A stretch of DNA of 63,186 nucleotides, the filler included, from Chiloscyllium plagiosum (lineage: Eukaryota), in assembly GCF_004010195.1 (NCBI RefSeq). It is 5 parts of one record of this genome, joined end to end, with 100 filler letters (N's around TTAATTAATTAA, not from the genome) between each part and the next. Parts side by side here need not be neighbours in the genome. Positions count along the whole stretch, not along the records: positions 11,822 to 35,566 come from NC_057716.1; 4 more parts are not named here. One strand, written 5' to 3'. Shown here in pieces: positions 22,661 through 33,210 of the stretch (its first letter is position 1; each line of letters opens with the position of its first letter). The notes under the pieces are model-generated. The model saw only the letters and a program-made list of their open reading frames with translations. It had not been told where the DNA came from and searched no databases. Both the position numbers and the translations under genes were made by a program.

Positions 22661-25409
22661 CTACCCCTGCGTGAATTGGTCTATGATGACCAGGCAGGAT
22701 GTTTTCCCACAGGAAGTTGGTAGTGACCCTGTAAAATCTATTTGAAGGTGTTCCCAGGATCCCCTAGGTCTGGGCTGATGTCCCATCCTAACTTTTATGG
22801 GTCTCCCTGGGTTATGTTGTGCGCAAACCATGCATCTGCGGCAGTACTTGGCCATGTCTCTCCCCATTCCCTTCCACCACCACTCTCTCCCTAGGCTTGC
22901 TATCATGGCCTCTCTACCTGTATGGGAGAGCCTGTGGTGCAGTTCCAGCAATGTGTTCTGTATACACGCTGGTGCTACCACCTTGTCTGCTCGCCTCCAG
23001 ACACCATCCTCCCCTTTGAATTTCCATTGCTCTCTCTTCCTAGGGATGTCCTCCTGTAGCTGCTGAATTTGGATAGCGTCCTTTGCCAATTCAATAGTGG
23101 TTATTGCAGCCACGTCAATGGCTTCTTGTTCTAGGGTTTACTGAGCTGCTTGGTCTGCTGCCTGGTTTCCTTTGTATTTTAGCCAACTTGGACTCTCTTT
23201 TGCTGGTTCCTTTTGATGGGCTTTTATTTTTATTACTGCAGCTTCTTATGGCTGTTCGCTGGCACGCAGAAGTGTCTGAATTCTTAATTGGTGTCTGATA
23301 AGCCCCCCCCCCCGCAGTGGTGAACCCTCTTCTCCCCCATGCCACCAAGTAGTCATGGACTACACCAAAGGCATATTGACTGTCTGTATATATATATATG
23401 TATATATTCACAATTTTTCCTTTTGCTAGTTAAGTGCTTTGGTGAGTGCTACCAGTTCTGCTACCTGTGCGGACTGACTTCCATCAATCCTTCTGAACAT
23501 AACTGTTTCTAACTTATCATTTACCACAGCTCATCCTGTTCAGGACGACCCTGCTACATATATTTATGATCCATACACGAAGAGGGTCGGCAGTGTTTAG
23601 GATGTATCCTTTACTCTCCCCCTTTCTTCATCCCCATCTATATCCCCACAGTTGTGCAGTTCCCCTGTATCTAGAATTCCCTCAGCTGGGTTTTCTCCCG
23701 TATCCCTAACTATTACCATGGACTGACTTGGGAGTAAAAGAACTGCCTCCAACTTTGCCCTTCTGATATTGGAGACAGCCCTCAGTTCTCTGTGTTTAGC
23801 ATCTCTGCTAGGATGACATTCCCTAATGGCCCAAGAAGCACAGTCTAAGGCTGCTATGCACCTGGGCAACCCGGTGACTACTGGCCCTTCTGTAGTTGAG
23901 TAGTACTCTATGGGTCTTCTCCTGCTACCGTGGTCTTGGGTGACCGATACAGAGTAAAATCCTCCCTCATTATTACATTGGATGTGAAAACCCTTGCCTG
24001 GATCTGGCAGCCTTAGCCCAGGGGCCAATATGAGTCGAGTTTTAAGCTGACTGTATGCCTTCTCCTGTTCTGGCCCTCAGGTTACAGGTTCCAAGGCAGG
24101 CTTGCCTCCTTTAATTAATCTCTGGATTGGTTCAGCCAATTTTACGAACTTGGGTATAAAGCTCCGACTGTAGTTGTATAGCCCCAAGACCTTTCCGACT
24201 CCCCTGACAATGGCATCTTTTGGATTGCCTTCTTGAGGTCATTGGGCATTTCTTTGAGTCCCTGGGATATAAGGTGGCTCAGGAATAAGACTTGTGTTTT
24301 GCCAATTTGCGCCTTTGTGAGGCTAACTTTTAATGCTGTGGTTGCCAATTCCTGTAATACGAGACATAAAGCATCCTGGTGTCCTGACTCGAACTCTGAG
24401 CCAATAGGATATCATCCACATATTGGAGGGCAGTGCTACCTTCTTGTAAATCTATTCTCTTCAGATGTTGCACATCACCCTGTGAAAAATAGTGGGGCTG
24501 TTGTGGAACTCTTGGCGAGTCCACGTGTACTGCCTGTCCCTTACTGTAAAAGCGAATTTATTCTGAGACTCAGAGTGTAACGGGATAGACCAGAATCCAT
24601 TGGCTATGTCTAAAACAGTGAAAATCTTGTGTTCAGCGACCAAGCCATTTAAAATGGTGGAGAGGTCTGCTACAATGGGGTGTAATTCCTGTATAATCCT
24701 GTATAATTAATGGTGAGCCTATAGCTCCCATCAGGCTTTATTACTGGCCATGTTGGGGAATTAGTTGTACTTGTGGTTGCTTTCAGGAATCCTGTCTCAC
24801 TAGTCCTTTCACTATCTCCACAATTGCTTTTTCTGCTTTGGGTTTGATTGGGTATTGCCGGTGGGGCTTATGCTCCAGTCTGGGAACCCTTATCGGGTCT
24901 ATGTTAACGAGACCTGTATCTAACTTTGTTTCTGCCCAGGCTCCGGGGACGGAGGTGCAGATGCCTCAGAATCCGCTCTTTTTGAGGTTCCAGTCCCTAC
25001 TGGTGACTGTAGCGACTTTAATAGTTTCAAGGTGACTTGTAAGTTTCCCAATCTCGGTCTTTCGACCATCCTGTCTAGGCCAAATCAATTTCCTTTTTGC
25101 ACAATCGATTAGAACATTATATTCTCTCATGAGATCATTGCCCATTATTCTTGTTATTGTGGAATACACGGAAATTCATGGGGTTATATATATTATTTCT
25201 ATGAGGGTAGTTTTGCTTAGGGAAGCTGGTGTTTTATCCTGTCCTACCCCGGTTAAGTGAATCATTTTATTTGTGTGGGGTAAGGATATGTTTGTGATGG
25301 ATACAGTCACTCCTGTGTCGACTAGCATTTCACATTTCCTCCCTCCTGTTACTGCAGGCACATAAATTCTCCCCTCTCCCTTATCCTCATGAATGGGGGC
25401 AGCTGGTTG
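22661..25409 (-). pseudogene. pol: pro-pol (protease, RT, tether, RNase H, integrase N-half), frameshifted
   Basis: MLVDTG; LDIANGFWSIPL; QYTWTR..HNSPTIFH; QYVDDILL; SAQVAELVAL and IYTDSQYAFG; HHCC zinc finger and HLQIDFTG. Confidence 0.93.
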
Positions 25410-25839
25410 TCAGCTCTGCTGACCTTGGGACTTCCACGGTTCCGTGGTGTTCCGGATGGTGTTTGGGGGTGCCCCATGCTTTTCCCAGCACACTGCTTCT
25501 ATGTGTCCTGTTCTTTTGCAGTGGCTGCAGTATTTTACATTGTTCCCTGCTCTAACTCTTGCATTCTGCCCTCCAGCTTTTTAACTTGTCCCTGGTCATT
25601 TCTCTACCTACTCATGGAGGCATCTACTTTTTCAGTTAAGGCTGCTAATTGGTACACTAACATTACTCCTAACTTTTTAGTTTTATTTTGTTTTTGTTTA
25701 TCTATCCACACTGTTGTGTTAATGTCTGGGATGGATCCCAACCACTTTTCTTCATTTGCTCTGTTAACCCTTGTCTGTCTGCCTTGTATTTCTCAATAAG
25801 GGAACCTGCAGTATCCCCCTTAAAACTTTGATCTGCCAT
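25410..25839 (-). pseudogene. gag: Internally deleted gag: coiled-coil N-terminus joined to a CCHC knuckle
   Basis: ATG at 25839; VKKLEGRMQELEQ followed by CSHCKRTGHIEAVC (25488-25529); stop TGA at 25410-25412 before protease. Confidence 0.75.
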
Positions 25840-26811
25840 TTAGCAGATTGTGTACCCCCGGATACCACCAACAGTAAAGTGTTCCTAATCCAGTGGGGAT
25901 TTCTCTACTCCCGGCCAATAATACTGTCCCAGCACTGTCCATATTGCCGTAGCAGACCGTAGAAAGGTGGCTGTCTACTGGTGGGACTTCTCTACCCTCC
26001 TGGCCACCACTACTAGTCAGTACCTACCGGTCAGCTGGGAATGCTGGGTCATTGGGTGTGTTCTCTACTGGGACTCCTCTACCCTCCCGGCCACCTCTAC
26101 TGTTCCAACACCTTCCGATAGGCCCACAAACCTACTTTAAGCCCGGTGTGCTCTCTACCGGTGGGACTCTTTACCCTCCCGGTCACCGCCACTATTCAAG
26201 CTCTGTTGTACTAGTACGGACTGAGAGGGTATCACGGTTACTCACAGTGTCCACGCTCCCCACCTTGTTAAGGTGCACTCCACTGAGGTTTGGCTCTTGG
26301 TCAGAGTGATCAGCTCGTCTTCCTCGCCACACTGGAAATTACAAGTACAAACAGCATCCAACTTTTAACTTAAGCTCTAACTAGACTCTGCATTGTTCGC
26401 CCCTACAGAGTCCAATGTTACCTGACTTTACCACTTGTGCTTCACAACTCCTAATGCCCTTGGCGCCTCAATTCCCACTTTAAATCCCAACATCGCATGG
26501 CAGGGGGCTACCCTTTTTAACAACTGGTTTAGGCCAGGGTTTATGAGACAAAGCACTACCTTGTCTTCTGGCTGTTTCAGCACAAGCACCAAGCACCAGG
26601 TTCTTACAACAGTTAATACTGTTAACACTTATTCTCTACAGACATGCATTTAGTTTTTTTTACTCAGTACTGTAGCAAGCTAGACATTACAATCAGTATA
26701 CCCTTTAAACTGTGTCCTTGGCCCGGTCTGACTCTTCCTGTTTGCAGGTACAACTTGGTTCTTACACCAGCCCCCGGATTGGATCCTTCGACCAGGGAAC
26801 CAGTAGTAAGA

Positions 26812-26829
26812 ACCCTGCTCGCAGCACCA
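26812..26829 (-). promoter_or_regulatory. Primer-binding site, tRNA-Ser-like
   Basis: TGGTGCTGCGAGCAGGGT versus tRNA-Ser(UGA) PBS TGGCGCAGCGAGCAGGGT (16/18). Confidence 0.8.
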
Positions 26830-26831
26830 AT

Positions 26832-27548
26832 TGTTATGGGCAAAGTCACCAGCCTCAGAGTCGGAGTCAGGGTTCATTGTACAAGGAAATACCGGAGCTC
26901 TGGGGAGAGAAAGCCACCAACAGCACAGTGGTCAGCTGTGAGTCTTCTCTCAACCCAGAGCACATGTCAAGATACTTTTATATATTTTGTGATACAATAG
27001 GTCAGTGATGAGGTTACTGTCTTTGTAACATAGTTTGTTGATTGTAAACATTGTAGAATCATTAATAGTTTCAATGCAGTCATTGTCAGTTCCAGCACAG
27101 CCTTTGTTAATTTTAGTGCGATCGTTGTCAGTTTCAGTGCAGACATTGTCAGTTTCAATGTCGGAGTGGACGTCCATTGCTGTAGCAATGGACACTAATC
27201 GCTCTTCCTGAGAAGAACAATTACTGCAGCCCTGGCTATTAGCATTTTGTATTGAGTCTGTATCAAACTGTTAGCATTTCAATCAAAGTGTCTGGTTGGA
27301 CCCAGACACTTTGGTGGGCAGTATACCTTACTCATGTGTATTCTCTCCCCCATCCACCTTAAACTAATCAACTAGGTGGTGAGTGCATTATGCTGGCATT
27401 CTGGTGGCCCCAGGCAGTGTCTGTGTTTATTCTGCTGTCTCTCTCCATATTGTGGTCCGACGGCCATCTTGTGTGTCAATTGGCCAACTTATGGCTCAGC
27501 AGCCATCTTGTGTGGCCGTGTGCTCAGTGTCACCCTGCCCCAAGCACA
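26832..27548 (-). repeat. 5' LTR of PBS-Ser ERV, carrying an extra repeat-containing segment
   Basis: TG...CA termini, adjacent PBS, homology to 21199-21687. Confidence 0.88.
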
Positions 27549-29221
27549 CTGCCAAAGCTATGTGGTCCCAGTGCCTTGTGAGAGTTTTGTTTGGAAATCC
27601 TTCTGAACGCTATGGATAGATGATATCTCTCCTCCTCTACACTTCGTTCACAAAATCCAGTGATAGCAATACTTGGAGTCCGATCTCAGCCACGTTTTGC
27701 CATTCTTGTGTATTTCACAAATCAAATTCATTCTGATAATGATCTACAACACCTGCTTCTGTAACTCTGTTTTGAGAGGTGCTCTGCCTTTGATACTGGA
27801 GGCTAAATTTAAACCTGCCTCTCCTGATTTTGCATGCTCTGCACATCAGAAGAAAAGGCTGAAGGTCAATCATACATTGTACTCATTCAGATTTTATCAA
27901 ATTTTTTGACCACTGACTTTATAATTTTGTGCTGGTGTCAAAGCTCTCTTTTAATAAATATGACCTTATTTCAACCATTATTTCAGATTAATTAATCTTC
28001 ATGCATCCACTCATTTTGCTATTGGTAGGATGGGCAGTTGTTCACAGAGTAAGGCCAAATTTTAAATGAGAAAAGGTTTTTGCATTTAGTATCAAGGAAG
28101 TGTGTCCAATGGTAGATGTCATGCCAATACCTGCATGATTGCTACAGAAATGGGTATATTCCATTTATAAATGAGCATCCCTAGACCTTGGGAGAGTTGA
28201 TTAACAGTTATCCTAATAACGACCAAGAAATTTACCTGAAATTCATCTTATTTTTCATACCTGTATTATGCCGGACAGATGTCCTCTCTTTTCCTTTCTT
28301 AAGAGAAGGGAGGTGGGTCTTCAATTTGCTGCTCTGACAGTGGCAAAATCTTCACTGGTTTACTCGGTCAAGTTTCATTTGAGTTTCATTGGCAGAATCT
28401 CAGAAGGATTCCTGTTAAGGGGGAGACCACTATTGCCTGATTGTCAAATCACATGGCTTCAGAACCAGAAGAAACAGCCAAGCCTTCTCAAGGCAACAGC
28501 ACCCGGGGTTGCAAGATCAGCAGAAACAGAGTGTTACAATGCAAGTTTAATACAGGCCAAATGGGAGAAGTGATTTCACACAGTGGGATGACCTCACAGT
28601 TGTTTTCTCACTATTTTCCACACTTGTCATATGGAATAGGACAGTAGGTACCAGCAACGAGCCATTAAAAGTGGTATATGAATCATCTGTGTGGGATTTA
28701 GGCCCTCCCACTGTTTACCTCTGATGGACAGAAAAGGAGAGGCAAATAGCAGTTACAGCGCTGGCTGGTGGAAAGGAAATGGAGGTTGGACTGTTTCCTT
28801 CATTCTCTATAACTCTTCCTGACTTTCAAAAGAATTGCGATGGTAAATCATGACTGAAACCTATCTCCAAGATAGTGCTGATACATATTACTGACTAGAG
28901 TGAAAAAGAAAGGAGGTTTCTCTATAGTGGCATAGTCTGTTATTTATAGAGACTCATAACTTTTACAATATGAATTAATCAAACACCAATAAAAATAACC
29001 GAAGCACTAAATTACATGTTTTTTACTGGTAAAATAGACTGAAATCAATGTAGATTAAATGTTCATTGTCAGGCAATTGACAAAATCAAACTAAAGAAGA
29101 GGTACTTTTGCATTAGGTAATTAATATAACAATGGCATTTCTTACAACTCCTTTCTGTGTATTGTACATAGCATTTCTGACAGATGCAGAGCATGACAAA
29201 ACAAGTGGAAAGATACTCTTA

Positions 29222-29928
29222 ACTCTCATGGAATACAGGGAGAATTAGCCATTTGGATGCAGAACTGGCTCGAAGGTAGAAGACAGAGGGTGGTGGTGGA
29301 GGGTTGTTTTTCAGACTGGAGGCCTGTGACGAGTGGAATGCCACAAGGATCGGTGCTGGGTCCACTACTTTTCATCATTTATATAAATGATTTGGATGTG
29401 AACATAAAAGGTATATTTACAAGATTTACAAGATATGATTTACAAGATTTACAAGATAAGATAAGATTTACAAGAATGTTGCTAGGGTTGGAGAATTTGA
29501 ACAATAGAGAGAGGCTGAATAGGCTGGAGCTGCTTTCCCTGGTGCGCTAGAGTAAAGGGGTGACCTCATAGAGGTTTATAAAATCACGAGGGGCATAGAA
29601 AAGGTAAATAGACAAGGTCTTTTCCCTGAAGTGGGGGAGTCCAGAACTAGAGGGCATAGATTTAGGGTGCGAGGGGCAAGATATAAAAGGGACAACTTTT
29701 TCACGCAGAGGGTGGTGCGTGTATGGAATGAATTGCCAGAGGAAGTGGTGGAGGCTGGTACAATTACAGCCTTTAAAGGTATCTGGATGGGTATATGAAT
29801 AGGAAGGGTTTAGAGGAATATGGGCCAAGTGCTGCCAAATGGGACTAGATTAGGTTAGGATATCTGATCAGCATAGATGAGTTGGACGGAAGGGTTTGTT
29901 TCCGTATTGTACATTTCTATGACTCTAC
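29222..29928 (+). mobile_element. CR1 3' fragment with large internal deletion
   Basis: ORF 29257-29550: [18 protein letters not shown] joined to RFTRML; CR1 3' UTR. Confidence 0.9.
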
Positions 29929-30364
29929 GAGCTCCCTACATTATTTTCTCTCTCCACATTGGATCAAATTTTCCAGATTCTTTATAAAGTTCTGTTTTCT
30001 TCTCAGTCTGAGGCTTTCAGATTCAACTTCTATTAGCAAGAGCCTCCTCAGTTGATTCCTCATTCCTTAAATTACAGGTCTTCTCCGTCGTAGTCTCTGC
30101 CTTTCAAAATGAAAACAAACTCTCACGAGCATCCTATTTGGCTACTTTGCTCTTCATAGCAGTGGATTTTTTTTTTTATTACCACACTGCATTACCACAA
30201 AGCTGTCTGTCTTTCAATGTCTCACAAAGTATCTGCTGGTTTAGTATGACTCACTCTGAAGAGATGTGGAAGCTGTCATTTGGCATTATATTAAGTTGTT
30301 TTTGTATCTGTACAATGCCTTTAAGGATTTCACATGCTGTGTGTAAAAAGTAGCCACGATGTTA

Positions 30365-30580
30365 CGGTGCCGGTGTTGGACTGGGGTGGACAAAATTAAA
30401 AATCACACAACACCAGGTTATAGTCCAACAGATTTATTTCAAAACACTAGCTTTCGGAGCGCTGATCCTTTATTAGGTAGTTGTCCTATGAAGCTACCTG
30501 ATGAAAGAACAGCGCTCCAAGAGCTAGTGCTTCCAAATAAACCTGTTTGACTTTAACCTTGTGTTGTGTGATTTTTAACT
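30365..30580. mobile_element. Inverted pair of Penelope-like termini (second family) with degenerate hammerheads
   Basis: AAAAATCACACAACACCAGGTTATAGTCCAACAG... mirrored by ...CTTGTGTTGTGTGATTTTTAAC; CCTGATGAA core near 30498. Confidence 0.8.
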
Positions 30581-31624
30581 ATAAAAAGAGTTATGACTCT
30601 ACCTGCCAGTAAGTCTGTTTGCAACCTGCACACACATGAATCAGTTGGTTGCTATACTGTCAACTTCAGAACTTATTATGTTTTTTTTCTGTTTTAATCA
30701 AGTCACCCACACATTTAATCAATCCTGGATGAGCAATAGGTTATGAGACTAGTATCATTATCAAGAAAGACTTCTATTTGAGGCTCTTTCCCTATGGCAA
30801 TCACATTATATGGTCGGACTAATAAAAGATAACCTCATATTGCCCATTTCAGAACATTTTGTTTCATCTTGTTGAAGGAAATATTGTAAAATATAACAAT
30901 CTTGCAAAGAACAATGGTTGTAATACTTTATCTGCTAATCACTTAGTGAAACTATGCAAGATAACACATAAGCAGCAGAAATTAGACTTGAAATTTGCAT
31001 ATTTGGAATAAAATAAAGTTTTTTTAATGACTTACAGAACATAAATAAACTATTCAGACACTCTGTTAAATTGGTCAATTGCCATTGAATTGGTAAAGGA
31101 CCATTGGAAGACGATTATATGGAGCAATTTTCAGTTCACATTTTGCACAATTTTGAACTCTACATTGATAGTTTTTCATCGTCATGTTCTGTATATGGAC
31201 TGAAAGGTTTAATAATGAATATTACCTACCTCCATGACATAATATACAATGGCTTTAGATCTCAAAAGAGTGAGACTTAACATCTGGTCCTCTTTAAAGT
31301 TTTTGTAACAATGTCTATTGTGGCAATGCAACTTGTAACTAATTGTAAATGCGCAACAAATTGTACCTCGTTAATTGCAAGTGACTCTTCCAGTTAAACC
31401 AGAAAGTGTTTTTTCTCCCTCACCCTTGACCAAACAGGCACTGTAGCGTCCCACACTGAAACAGCATCATGGTAGCAAGCTTCATCATGTATTGAGCTGA
31501 CATGTCCAAGTAACAGGATGAAGGGTCAGGGAGTGAATATTTTTAAGTTGTCCACTTGTAGCATGTTCCAAGACATAATATTGTGGGAGATTAGAAATGT
31601 AGTTTCTGCAGGTGGGGGTAGGGG

Positions 31625-32143
31625 TGTTGCAGGGGTGGGACATTATACAAACGGTCGCGGAATTCTTGTAGCATGTAACATGTAGCATACTTAAGGCTAA
31701 GACTTTAATGAATATAGAGGGTCTTTTAAAGAAAATAGTTTTAAGCTAGGAAATAACTATGAAGGGTTGTAGCTGACTACAAAAAGAAGCAGCAGGGGCA
31801 TTTCACAATAAAGTTTATAGTATGATAAGAGAAACTGGATAAAAGAACAAGCTGTAACAAACAAGGAACAAAGAATGCAGACATACAAGGACAGCAGGGT
31901 TTCCAGATAAGAAAATAACTAGAGAGAAAAGAAACAAGTGAGGTAATCGGCTTATGATAGGATGGGAAAAGGGAGGCTTGATTCCGCAACTTGTAAACTG
32001 AATAAGATTGCTTACACGCTTTGTTTTCGCGCGCATTTCTGCGTGATTGCAGAAGCATCCGGTACTTGCAAGGCTGTAATAAATTGTTCTTGTTTCCAAA
32101 GCTTTGTCTCAGGCTGATTTGTGAGTGAGTTCTGTTTCTCACA
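31625..32143 (+). repeat. 5' LTR of PBS-Pro ERV
   Basis: TG...CA termini, poly(A) signal, tRNA-Pro-like PBS immediately downstream. Confidence 0.8.
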
Positions 32144-32709
32144 ACTGGGGGCCTTGTTCCAGGATCCAAAACTCCGACCGCTCGACACTCTTGGGATGAC
32201 GGGGGAGGTGGACCTCGCCGATTTCGGTGATCTCCGACTCCCTTGCTTGTCGTTCGCGGTTTGGGCGAGTATGATCCGGACTGGGAGACCCTGGAAACAA
32301 GGCGGGCAGACGCGGCGGGTTCAGTCGGGCAACTCTTGTGCATAAAACCCGGGTAGGAAAAGGTCTTAAAGGATATATCCGGGCGACTGGGGGCAGCGGT
32401 ATTTGCTGCAGGAATTGCCACCGGACAGGGCGCACCGAAATGACCAGGTAACTCTGTGCACAGACCAAGGTAAGAAAAGAGACCTTTAAGTATTGCCTTG
32501 GTGGTCGGGACGTACGAAACTACGGGGAATTGGCGATATATAAAATAAAGCATATGTCAATGAAAAACAGCCCAATTCAGAAGGGCTAGTAGCTGAAGGG
32601 CTACTGAGGGTGCACTTCGTAACTAACTTATGGCCAGATGTCCAGAAAAATATTCAAAAGCTAGAGGAGTCGTTGCGGGAAGCTCAAAGTGTCTGTGAGA
32701 TACAGTGTC

Positions 32710-32740
<31 letters not shown>

Positions 32741-33210
32741 TAAAGAAAGAGCTGTCCAGCTTGTAGAAAGTTTAACCCTTTGTGATTCGGTTTGAATGCA
32801 CATTTGTTTGTTGGTGATTNTCTGTGAGATACGGTGTCTGTGTGTGTGTGTGTGAGAGAGAGAGAGAGGTAAAGAAAGAGCTGTCCAGCTTGTAGAAAGT
32901 TTAACCCTTTGTGATTCGGTTTGAATGCACATTTGTTTATTGGTGATTGAATATTTGTGCTTTGTTCCCTGGAGCTTGAGATCTGGGACTGTTTAAATCC
33001 GATTTCTACTATGGAAATTTTAACATGATTTCTTTTAAGGTTAAGGATTTTTCAGATTATGAAATAAAATGTTAACTCTTGTTCTTTTTACAGGTCATAA
33101 CTGCCTTACTATCAGTTTCTAACTAATCTCTTTTATCCTTACATAAAAGTGATATATGGAGAACAGTTGAAGTCTCAAAAAAAAAGCATATAATTGGTCA
33201 GATTAATTGG

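Larger units (their letters stand above)
21199..27548 (-). mobile_element. Two-LTR endogenous retrovirus (PBS-Ser; spuma/SnRV-like RT; gamma-type env), defective
   Basis: LTR pair, PBS, PPT and gag-pro-pol-env order; approximate TSD CTGCTA (21193-21198) / CTGCCA (27549-27554). Confidence 0.93.
21100..27715 (-). pseudogene. Harbinger Myb/SANT-like gene remnant, split by the ERV at 21199-27548
   Basis: 27549-27705 minus reads MAKRG*DRTP..FVNEV*RRRDIIYP..TRHWDHIALAV and continues at 21198 as AVNASTL..GCQKMFNV. Confidence 0.65.

Noticed and set aside
28261..28411. Minus-strand exon with good splice sites
   Set aside because: Stops in all three frames and no supporting neighbours
31777..32553. 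258-aa minus-strand ORF
   Set aside because: Antisense to the ERV LTR and GC-rich leader; no recognisable domain
32691..32949. Tandem duplication of about 129 bp in the ERV leader
   Set aside because: Copies are separated by a single N and contain microsatellites; typical scaffold-overlap artefact
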